Positions 12,001 to 24,000 of a stretch of 64,000 nt of DNA are shown here, in pieces; the first letter of the stretch is position 1; the number at the start of each line of letters is the position of its first letter. The DNA is from Tubulanus polymorphus (Eukaryota; Animalia; Nemertea). The DNA lies in NCBI RefSeq assembly GCF_964204645.1, contig NC_134032.1:14682275-14746274 (forward strand), given 5' to 3'. The notes beneath the pieces are model-generated. The model was not told the DNA's origin. It did not search any database and saw nothing but the letters and a program-made list of their open reading frames with translations. The position numbers and the translations under genes were made by a program.

Positions 12001-15000
12001 ATTGTATACAGTTATTGATCGCCGATTGTAAGAATGTTCCACAGTTCTGCGTCTTCGTCTACAGATCCGATAAACACCTTTTCGCTCCAAAATTTCTCCA
12101 GTCTCAAATTGGCTTTCATCGCTTTTTCGTTAAGAACTTCGAAAACTCCGATGGCGCAACTGAAACCGAATATCGCCCGCCCGCCCGGGCGGAGGTGTCC
12201 GCGGGCTTCGGCGATAAACCGACCGACAGCCTCGTAGCCGGGGTCGGCGATACTACGATCCAACACGCTCAATTCGGCAGATTTATCAGCAGACACGTAC
12301 AAACATGGAACGCACCAGAAAATCAAATCAAACTTTTCATCTTCGCGAATATTTTCGTAAACGTCCGAATATCGCACGTCTCCCGGGACGGCGTAACGCT
12401 CAAAATTCACTTTAGTATTCTCTAAAGCTTGTCGGTTGATGTCGGTCGCCAACACGTAACTAAGCTTCGATTTATTGCGTAAATAATGTACGACGCTGAC
12501 GCAACCAGTTCCGCATCCGATTTCTAACATTCTAGCGCCCTCTACTGTCTGTTCCGGTAAATTCAACGTAACCGAATCGTATCCGGGAAAATGAAAGACG
12601 TTTTGAAAATTAACGAATTTCTCGCCACAAAATTCAAACTCGCGTCGACCTCCGGCGTCTGCTATCAATTTCTCATTCAATTCTACCATTTGACGACCTT
12701 CGGGTAGCAGGGCGTCGGCTTTGGCCAATTTTTCCTGTTCGGAAGAAGTTGCCATTTTTGAACGGGTATCAAGCAGAGTTCTAGTATAGACGATTCACAT
12801 TAGATACTACAGAACTGGTTCATGTAGTCACAATGCTTAATACGCTGATAACTATAACACAGATCGTTTTGAAAGCAAAATGTAGGACAAAAATATAATC
12901 GACTGAATAGACGGAATACTAAACAGAATACAGTCAGCAGATCGAGGGGTGGATCTATGGTCTGATTCGGATCGAGGGGCGGATCTACGGGCTGATTCGG
13001 ATCGAGGGGCGGATCTACGGTCTGATTCGGATCGAGGGGCGGATCTACGGTCTGATTCGGATCGAGGGGCGGATCTACGGTCTGATTCGGATCGAGGGGC
13101 GGATCTACGGTCTGATTCGGATCGAGGGGTGGATCTACAGTCTGATTCGGATCGAGGGGTGGATCTACGGTCTGATTCGGATCGAGGGGTGGATCTACAG
13201 TCTGATTCGGATCGAGGGGATGGATCTACGGTCTGATTCGGATCGAGGGGTGGATCTACAGTCTGATTCGGATCGAGGGGATGGATCTATGGTCTGATTC
13301 GGATCGAGGGGTGGATCTATGGTCTGATTCGGATGGGGGGGTGGATCTACGGTCTGATTCAGCGAGGGTTGCATCCATGTAATATAGGGCATATCACATA
13401 CTGAAGTGCACCGCGACTCATCGGAAAATGTGAACTCAGAACCCGCTTAGTTCGGTTGACCTGGGACTGGGAAATCCTTCCCGAATAATATGAAATACGA
13501 ATTATATGCTCTCATCAGAATGGAAATAACTTAGAAGGGACTGAAATTTAGTCCGAAATAAATGAAAATCCGAATAAAACCGATATGAATTAAGCAAGTT
13601 ATACCATACAGAGAACTAGCTATGAATTTAAACTTTTCAGGAATCCATTACTAATAATTTATCTTTTTTTCCTGGTAAAATTTCAGGGCAACAAGACATT
13701 CAAAGGAGGCGCACACAAACCCCTGCACCCTCTGTAAAGGAGGCGCACACAAACCCCTGCACCCTCTGTAAAGGAGGGAGGCGCACACAACCCATGCACC
13801 CTCTGTAAAGGAGGCGCACACAACCCCTGCACCCTCTGTAAAGGAGGCGCACACAACCCCTGCACCCTCTGTAAAGGAGGCGCACACAACCCCTGCACCC
13901 TCTGTAAAGGAGGGGCACACAACCCCTGCACCCTCTGTAAAGGAGGCGCACACAACCCCTGCACCCTCTGTAAAGGAGGCGCACACAACCCCTGCACCCT
14001 CTGTGAAGGAGGCGCACACAACCCCTGCACCCTCTGTAAAGGAGGCGCACACAACCCCTGCACCCTCTGTAAAGGAGGGGCACACAACCCCTGCACCCTC
14101 TGTAAAGGAGGCGCACACAACCCCTGCACCCTCTGTAAAGGAGGGGCACACAACCCCTGCACCCTCTGTAAAGGAGGCGCACACAACCCCTGCACCCTCT
14201 GTAAAGGAGGCGCACACAACCCCTGCACCCTCTGTAAAGGAGGCGCACACAACCCCTGCACCCTCTGTAAAGGAGGGGCACACAACCCCTGCACCCTCTG
14301 TAAAGGAGGCGCACACAACCCCTGCACCCTCTGTAAAGGAGGCGCACACAACCCCTGCACCGTCTGTAAAGGAGGCGCACACAACCCCTGCACCCTCTGT
14401 AAAGGAGGCGCACACAACCCCTGCACCCTCTGTAAAGGAGGCGCACACAACCCCTGCACCCTCTGTAAAGGAGGCGCACACAACCCCTGCACCCTCTGTA
14501 AAGGAGGCGCACACAACCCCTGCACCCTCTGTATTCATAAAGTATCAAACACATATCGCAAATAAAAACCTAGCTATATAAAATGTCATGAATCTGATCG
14601 AGTTGGAAAAGTTCTGAAAAAAAAAATTTTTTTAAATTTAAAATTTGAATTTACCTGATACGAGAGAGTGTTGAATTGCGGTTTAATCGGAAAAATCTGT
14701 TTGACGTCGATCGTATCCGTGTCGCCGTGATCGAGAAAATAACAAACAACGCCGTCGCCTTGACGACTGATGACCTTGATTCTGGATACGACGCCGTCGT
14801 TGAGCATGGCGGCGTAAACCGACCCGACGCTCGGCGACGACTCGCACGCGTACTTGTTACTACGGTAATAATCGCTCATCTCGACCTCGAGGTCGTCGAG
14901 TAGATCCTGAAATTCCAACGAAACATCGTCTCAGTTATCTATTCGTTATTAACCCTTTAGACTCGAGATACTGTTTATTAACCCTTTAGACTCGAGATAC

Positions 15001-18000
15001 TGTTTATTAACCCTTTAGACTCGAGATACTGTTTATTAACCCTTTAGACTCGAGATACTGTTTATTAACCCTTTAGACTCGAGATACTGTTTAATAACCC
15101 TTTAGACTCGAGACACTGTTTATTAACCCTTTAGACTCGAGATACTGTTTTTTAACCCTTTAGACTCGAGATACTATTTATTAACCCTTTAGACTGGAGA
15201 TACTGTTTATTAACCCTTTAGACTCGAGATACTGTCGCCACCAAAAACTGCACCGCCGAACAAACTTGGATTTTTCGCATCAAAATTTCCAAACTACGGA
15301 TATTGTTTTACATAAGACACGGTTTTCAGTTCAGTGGTAAGGCCTGGCTAAAAAGAAATACATAGAAGGACTTTTTCGGCAATCTAAGACCCAACAGGAG
15401 GGACTTTATGACTCGGAAAGGAGTACTCGCCAGTAAAATGAGGAAACTGTGATTATTGTTTACATGAGAGTATATTGAGAAACCAGCGGCGGATCCAGCC
15501 TATCTCGAGTACCGAATGTTGTGTGTGGGGGGAGGGGGATCTTGAGTACCACCTCATTCTCAATACAGTCAATATTTGCCTGTATATGACGTCACATACA
15601 AACATGGATCATGTTTGTCTCTCTCCGATACATGTGGGGGATACATGTGATACCTGGTAGTGAAGTGGTGCACCACAGGCCCTCATTTCCAATTTGTTTT
15701 TTATACGATAATTTCTGTTCTAAAATTGCGGAGATAGCGTCTGAGAGACACTAAAATTTCGAAATTCTTCGGGCGAGGACCCCTGAATTCCCCACCGGGG
15801 CATCGGGCCTTCAACCAGCTACTCGAGAGACACAATATCACTTTAACCCTTTCAGTGCTGACAAATCAATAAATACCCTATAGTGCTCGAGATAATTTGA
15901 AAATTCTAAAAAATTCCGCCCTAGTGTGTTGAATAACGGGAATAGCACTAAAGTGCGTCTACACCGCAGTGCGGTGTATCGTTAGTTATTAGTATTTTAC
16001 TATGTTTGACAGGTGCTGCCATTTTTCAAGAGAGATAATTACTAATTACTAATTACATCGATACACCGCAGTGCGATATGCTAGCAAAATCCATCACTGA
16101 TTTATACACCGCACTGAAAGGTTTAAGTAAAGTTATTCAGCACTGATTTATACACCGCACTGTGGTGTAGACGCACTGAAAGGTTTAAGTAAAGTTATTC
16201 AGCACTGATTTATACACCGCACTGTGGTGTAGACGCACTGAAAGGGTTAAGTAAAGTTATTCAGCACTGATTTATACACCGCACTGTGGTGTAGACGCAC
16301 TGAAAGGGTTAAGCAGTACTCAGATTTGGCCCCTCTGGATCGAACGATCGAGAGATACTTACAGAAAACTTTTCGCCGACTAATCGAACGATCACTTCCG
16401 TCGTGCCTTTGATATGTGACACGAAAACGTCGATAAATTGTTTTTGAGGAATTTCTAATAAATCTGCAAAGAGAGAAATACGTTTGATTAAAGCGCGCAA
16501 CAAAGTGAAACGAACACGAACGTCGATTGGTCTCTTGGCAACAAGAAGCTACTCCCACCCCCATGATAAAATTGACGCGTCCCCGCCTCATTGCGCATGC
16601 GTGCAACAAAATCATAAACGTCTTCATGGCGGTTGTTCTCGCCGCCGATTTATAGCTCAATTTTCGGGAATATTCATCAATCCTTCGACTCGTCAAAAAA
16701 TGGATATAAAAACGACAACTGCACAATTCTACTGATTCGATTAAAACCTATTTGAGATATTTACGCTGAAAATTAAGAGAAATATCTAAAAAAAAGATCG
16801 ATGCCAATCGAATATGAATTGACTTAACTCATTCACTCCAGAATATTCAAATTCAAAATCGCCCGCTGCAGACGGAATTTCCGCCATTTTGGTTTACAGG
16901 GGTAAGTTCCACTGGTACTTCCCATGATCAATAGTGTCAATGACCCGTTGCGTAGGGGATTCCATGGAATTCCCTCACATAATTTATGATAATGTTTACT
17001 CGCATTCTGATTGGTTAAAATCACGTGTAGTTTGAATGTAGGCAGTGTTTACATTTGTGACATCATGAAAGCCGCTCTCAGCAACGGTAAATACCGGCGA
17101 GCTGCTGACAGCCACGTAGTCGTTGAGTTCCCCGGCCAACTCGTAACAGAAAGACTGTATTCATTTACCTGGTTCAACGATTCGCACTTTAACGAGGCCT
17201 CGTTTAACGAGTTCGTCGTTAATCAAAACCCGATCCGAATTCCAGACTTTTACTTCGCACGTTTCATCTGCAAGAAAAACCGAAAATAACCGACAACGAA
17301 AATTATCGAAACCGACCGTCGATCGTTGGCGGGAAGAACTTTCGAATATTTGATCAGAGAATTTACCGGTTATTTCGACAAACTCCATTTTGAGGGGTTT
17401 GTCGCCCCCTCCGACGAGTTCCTCAATGGCAGACGTGCACGGTTGTTCATGATGCCCCTAAACATAGATAAACAAATCATTAAACTCTAGAACCTATTAA
17501 AAGGGTTGAATATTTCGAAGGATATGTTTTAGTTATTTAACATAAGACATAGTAGGCACACCATCAAACTCAGATATCACTCTCAAATCAAAAGAGATCT
17601 GACTTGAACGGAGTCTACTGTACCATCCAACTCAGATATCACTCTCAAGTCAATAGATCCGACTTGAGCGGAGTCTACTGTATCATCAAACTCAGATATC
17701 ACTCTCAAGTCAAAAGATCAGACTTGAGCGGAGTCTACTGTACCATCCAACTCAGATATCATTGTCAAGTCAAAAGATCCGACTTGAGCGGAGTCTACTG
17801 TACCATCCAACTCAGATATCACTCTCAAGTCAAAAGAGATCTGACTTGAACGGAGTCTACTGTACCATCCAACTCAGATATCATTGTCAAGTCAAAAGAT
17901 CAGACTTGAGCGGAGTCTACTGTACCATCCAACTCAGATATCATTGTCAAGTCAAAAGATCCGACTTGAGCGGAGTCTACTGTACCATCCAACTCAGATA

Positions 18001-21000
18001 TCACTCTCAAGTCAAAAATTCGACTTGAGCGGAGTCTACTGTATCATCTAACTCAGATATCACTCTCAAGTCAAAAGATCTGACTTGAGCGGAGTCTACT
18101 GTATCATCCAACTCAGATATCACTCTCAAGTCAAAAGATCAGACTTGAGCGGAGTCTACTGTATCATCCAACTCAGATATCACTCTCAAGTCAAAAGATC
18201 TGACTTGAGCGGAGTCTACTGTATCATCCAACTCAAATATCACTCTCAAGTCAAAAGATCAGACTTGAGCGGAGTCTACTATACCATCCAACTCAGATAT
18301 CACCCTCAAGTCAAAAGATCCGACTTGAGCGGAGTCTACTGTACCATCCAACTCAGATATCACTCTCAAGTCAAAAGATCCGACTTGAGCGGAGTCTACT
18401 GTACCATCCAACTCAGATATCATTCTCAAGTCAAAAGATCCGACTTGAGCTGAGTCTACTGTATCATCCAACTCAGATATCATTCTCAAGTCAAAAGATC
18501 CGACTTGAGCCGAGTCTACTGTACCATCCAACTCAGATATCATTCTCAAGTCAAAAGATCCAACTTGAGCTGAGTCTACTGTACCATCCAACTCAGATAT
18601 CACTCTCTAGTCTAAAGATCCGACTTGAGCGGAGTCTACTGTACCATCCAACTCAGATATCACTCTCAAGTCAAAAGATCCGACTTGAGCGGAGTCTACT
18701 GTACCATCCAACTCAGATATCACTCTCAAGTCAAAAGATCCGACTTGAGCGGAGTCTACTGTACCATCCAACTCAGATACCACTCTCAAGTCAAAAGATC
18801 CGACTTGAGCGGAGTCTACTGTACCATCCAACTCAGATATCACTGTCAAGTCAAAAGATCAGACTTGAGCGGAGTCTACTGTACCATCCAACTCAGATAT
18901 CACTCTCTAGTCAAAAGATCTGACTTGAGCGGAGTCTACTGTACCATCCAACTCAGATATCACTCTCAAATCAAAAGATCCGACTTGAGCGGAGTCTACT
19001 GAACCATCCAACTCAGATATCACTCTCATGTCAAATGATCCGACTTGAGCGGAGTCTACTGTACCATCCAACTCAGATATCACTCTCAAATCAAAAGATC
19101 CGACTTGAGCGGAGTCTACTGTACCATCCAACTCAGATATCACTCTCATGTCAAAAGATCCGACTTGAGCGGAGTCTACTGTACCATCCAACTCAGATAT
19201 CACCCTCAAGTCAAAAGATCTGACTTGAGCGGAGTCTACTGTATCATCCAATTCAGATATCACTCTCAAGTCAAAAGATCCGACTTGAGCGGAGTCTACT
19301 GTACCATCCAACTCAGATATCACTCTCAAGTCAAAAGATCAGACTTGAGCGGAGTCTACTGTACCATCCAACTCAGATATCACTCTCAAGTCAAAAGATC
19401 AGACTTGAGCGGAGTCTACTGTACCATCCAACTCAGATATCACTCTCAAGTCAAAAGATCCGACTTGAGCGGAGTCTACTGTACCATCCAACTCAGATAT
19501 CACTCTCAAGTCAAAAGATCCGACTTGAGCCGAGTCTACTGTACCATCCAACTCAGATATCACTCTCAAGTCAAAAATTCGACTTGAGCTGAGTCTACTG
19601 TACCATCCAACTCAGATATCACTCTCAAGTCAAAAGATCCGACTTGAGCTGAGTCTACTGTATCATCCAACTCAGATATCACTCTCAAGTCAAAAATTCG
19701 ACTTGAGCTGAGTCTACTGTACCATCCAACTCAGATATCACTCTCAAGTCAAAAGATCCGACTTGAGCGGAGTCTACTGTACCATCCAACTCAGATATCA
19801 CCCTCAAGTCAAAAGATCTGACTTGAGCGGAGTCTACTGTATCATCCAATTCAGATATCACTCTCAAGTCAAAAGATCCGACTTGAGCGGAGTCTACTGT
19901 ACCATCCAACTCAGATATCACTCTCAAGTCAAAAGATCAGACTTGAGCGGAGTCTACTGTACCATCCAACTCAGATATCACTCTCAAGTCAAAAGATCCG
20001 ACTTGAGCGGAGTCTACTGTACCATCCAACTCAGATATCACTCTCAAGTCAAAAGATCCGACTTGAGCCGAGTCTACTGTACCATCCAACTCAGATATCA
20101 CTCTCAAGTCAAAAATTCGACTTGAGCTGAGTCTACTGTACCATCCAACTCAGATATCACTCTCAAGTCAAAAGATATCTGACTTGAACGGAGTCTACTG
20201 TACCATCAAACTGAGATCAGAGGAAAGTTTAATAGTTTAATGATACACACCTCTTTTGGAAGAATTCCAAACAACGAACATTTTATTGCTTGAACAGGAA
20301 AACTACAAATGTTCTTTAATATTCGTTTCAGTTTATCTTTAGGGCGATATTCTGTATTTCCGTAATCAATGAACAAAACTTCAGCTTCTGGTTCAAACTA
20401 TAATGAAACAAACACAAATAAACCGTTTGGAAAATCTTGAATATTTCGCGGGACTCAGGATCCAGTTCGACAGTTGTGAGTTAGAGTTAACTCAAATCAA
20501 GATATGTTCAGGCGTTGAGAAGACTTACTTTTGCCGAAGTGCGAGTAGATAGTATTTGAGCTCGGTACCATTGCTGATCCATGGAATATTGAGCCACACA
20601 ATACGTTCCCTTCACCAGCGTCTGAAGACACTTTGGACTGGCTCGTTTCTAGAAAATACCAACCAACAGGGGTCAGTTACTGAAAGGCTCTCAATACCAC
20701 GGTGCATGGGGCAGTGACTGAAAGGCTATAGTTTGAATACCACGGTACATGGGTCAGTTACTGAAAGGCTATCAATACCACGGTACAGGGGTCAGTTACT
20801 GAAAGGCTATAGTTTGAATGCCACGGTACAGGAGGCAGTGACTGAAAGGCTATAGTTTGAATACCACGATACACCGTTGATCGATGCGAGATATTTCCAA
20901 CTATACTCACGTCGTAAATATCACTGATGGCCGCCATGATCTCATCGATGTTCGAGTCACGACGATGAACGTAGAACTCTTGACAATTTTCGTACAACGA

Positions 21001-24000
21001 TAAAAACACTTGAACACTTTCACTAAAACAAACATAAACAATTATAGAAATTAGTTGCTTTTTCCAAAAGTTGGACTAGTAGTCACTGATAAGTATAGCA
21101 TGCAGCCAATCTTAGTTGGACTAGTAGTCACTGATAAGTAGAGCATGCAGCCAATCTTAGTTGGACTAGTAGTCACTGATAAGTATAGCATGCAGCCAAT
21201 CTTAGTTGGACAAGTAGTCACTGATAAGTATAGCATGCAGCCAATCTTAGTTGGACTAGTAGTCACTGATAAGTAGAGCATGCAGCCAATCTTAGTTGCT
21301 TTGTCCACAAATTGGACTAGTAGTCACTGATAAGTAGAGTATGCAGCCAATCTTAGTTGGACTAGTAGTCACTGATAAGTAGAGCATGCAGCCAATCTTA
21401 GTTGGACTAGTAGTCACTGATAAGTAGAGCATGCAGCCAATCTTAGTTGGACTAGTAGTCACTGATAAGTAGAGCATGCAGCCAATCTTAGTTGGACTAG
21501 TAGTCACTGATAAGTAGAGTATGCAGCCAATCTTAGTTGGACTAGTAGTCACTGATAAGTAGAGCATGCAGCCAATCTTAGTTGGTTTTTTCACAAATTG
21601 GACTAGTACGTGGTAGTCACTGATAAGTAGACCTTGCGCCCAATCTATCACATAGTCAACATGGACTTTTGACTAACTACGACTGAAACTAAATTATTCT
21701 CTGACTTCCCAGCGTATTTTTTTATGATACTCTGACTTCACCTAACTCTGTTATATTTTAGCATCTGGTACGAGTTAAGACGAAGTTTATACTGTAATTG
21801 TTGAATATTCGAGGCGCGAACGTAGTAATCAGGAATGGACTGAAATTGCGTCAACTTTTAGCAGACGTAACTTACCCGATTCCGGGGACTCGCGGCGGAG
21901 GTATTTCCGTTTTTTCATTCTGGAAAGAAAACACGCATCAGAATAAAAATTAGTTTCGTTGAAAAAAAAATTAATTTCCAATCCTATGAACTCTTCCTGA
22001 GCCCAGTTTCACGAAAAAGTTTAAGCCTAAAACGGTTAGGTTTGAATTGTTGTCCTCATCAAAAACATGAATTAACCAATAGCGATTCCATCGATAATTC
22101 GAGTTTAACTTTTTTGTGAAACTGTTCCTGGTGTCATATTACCATCGATTTCTACATTATGTGGTAGATAAATATGATTGAATACTCACAGCAAACACGT
22201 ACGAATTATTGGTCACTGAGATGGTACTCTGTAGAACGGGGTATAAAATACATGTATTTTTTGCTCCGACTGGACTGAAATAGAAAATGTATCATCAGCA
22301 ATCGAACTAACTACGCCGGGATTAGCTTCATGGGCCGGAATTAGCTTCATGGGGCAGGATCAGCGCCACTGGGCCGGGATCAGTTTCAAGGGGCAGGATC
22401 AGCGCCACTGGGCCAGGATCAGTTTCAAGGGGCAGGATCAGTGCCACTGGGCCAGGATCAGTTTCACTGGGCTGGGATCAGCTTCACGGGGAAGGGTCAG
22501 CGCCAATGGGCTGGGATCAGCTTCACGGGGCAGGGTCAGTTTCACTGGGCTGGGATCAGCTTCACGGGGAAGGGTCAGCGCCAATGGGCTGGGATCAGCT
22601 TCACGGGGCAGGGTCAATTTCACTGGGTCGGGATCAGCTTCACGGGGAATGGTCAGTGCCAATGGGCTGGGATCAGCTTCACGGGGCAGGGTCAGTTTCA
22701 CTGGGTCGGGATCAGCTTCACGGGGAAGGGTCAGTGCCAATGGGCTGGGATCAGCTTCACGGGGCAGGGTCAGTGCCACTGGGTCGGGGTCAGTGTCACA
22801 GGTCAGGGTCAGTGTCACGGGGAAAAAACCAGTTCTCTTGCTTCTATGAGTTTGAAATTTTCTTTAATAAAATGTAATTATTTCTCTTTGGAGAAAATTA
22901 AGTTTTTTCTTTCGTTTTAAGATTTTCTTACTTTTCCATTTTAACGATATCCATCCATTCTTCGAGTCGATCCTCGATTCGATCGGGTAAAACTTCGTTA
23001 TACTGTTCTTTGTACATCACCTCGAGTCGAGTCGCGAAAAGTCCGTTCGGTTTCGTAGCAACCAACTACAACAATACGCATGGAGAAAATCAACGCGATA
23101 AAAGAAATCGAGAAACGCACGAGACGTTTCCTCAAATTCATACTCACATCTCGGACTCGACTTTTTACGGTTTCAAGGTCGGCGGAGCACGTTAATCTCG
23201 AACTAATTATTGGACCAAATTCGTCTGAAAATTCATCATCAAACTACAGCAACGGTTGACATTCATGAAAATTTTTTAAGTCTTAAAATGATTAATTTTA
23301 AATAGAAGACCACATTGAGAACATGAAGTTGCCAATAGCAAGAGAATTTCTAAGTTTCGTTTTTTTTGTGAAACCCGGTTCCGAATTGCAATCAAGATAC
23401 AACTGGAATATTCCAACTGTCGAACTTGAATCCCGAACTGTGGGAAATCCTGAACTGTGGACTTGAATCCCAAACTGTGGAGGAATCTTGAACTGTGGAA
23501 CTTGAATCTGGGACTGTGGAACTGAAATCCCGAACTGTGGAATTGAATCCCAAACTGCGGAACTTGAATCCCGAACTGTGGAACTTAAATGCTGAACTGT
23601 GGAACTTGAATCTGGAACTGTGGAATTGGTATTGTGGAACTGGATCTTACCTTCGTTATACCCGTCAAGGTTCATATCCTGGAACGACGGACCTCGCGAA
23701 GCGTTCGTCGCTTTCGTTCGTTTAGTTTTTGGTCGCACACCAGATGGCGCTTTCATTTTTTCTACTGCGTCTGCCGAGAAATAAACACAATGTCAAGGTC
23801 ACACATTCGCTAGGTTGAATAGGTGTCAAGGTCATAATCAGTACTCACCAGCAGTAATATCGAATGCGATGCAAGCGTTTTTTGCGGCGAGGTTTTCTGC
23901 GGCTTTTTTTGACGGACAAGTTTCTGAAAATTTATGGAAATATTTAACATTTGCGACTTATCACTTCAAAACATCATACAAATTGATAGATAAGAATCAG

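Noticed and set aside
1840-12755. Bacterial contamination or a restriction-modification/operon interpretation
   Set aside because: The ORFs are embedded between in-frame TDRD7 exons, separated by host MITEs and minisatellites, use AAAATG starts, and have no partner nuclease.
13651-14581. Long ORFs of 192-295 aa in four frames
   Set aside because: Translations of a stop-free 33 bp minisatellite inside a TDRD7 intron; no unique coding sequence or splice support.
12755-14655. TDRD7-methyltransferase fusion by alternative terminal exon
   Set aside because: The nearest AG upstream of copy 6 is out of frame with the phase-0 donor and leads to TGA; I found no convincing in-frame acceptor.
17604-20125. 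Many repetitive ORFs, and a CRISPR-like appearance of the 60 bp array
   Set aside because: Head-to-tail satellite with no unique spacers and no cas genes, in a eukaryotic intron.
21051-23756. ORFs over the 45, 39 and 21 bp repeats
   Set aside because: Repeat-derived. Only the parts coinciding with TDRD7 exons (e.g. 23770-23651) are coding.
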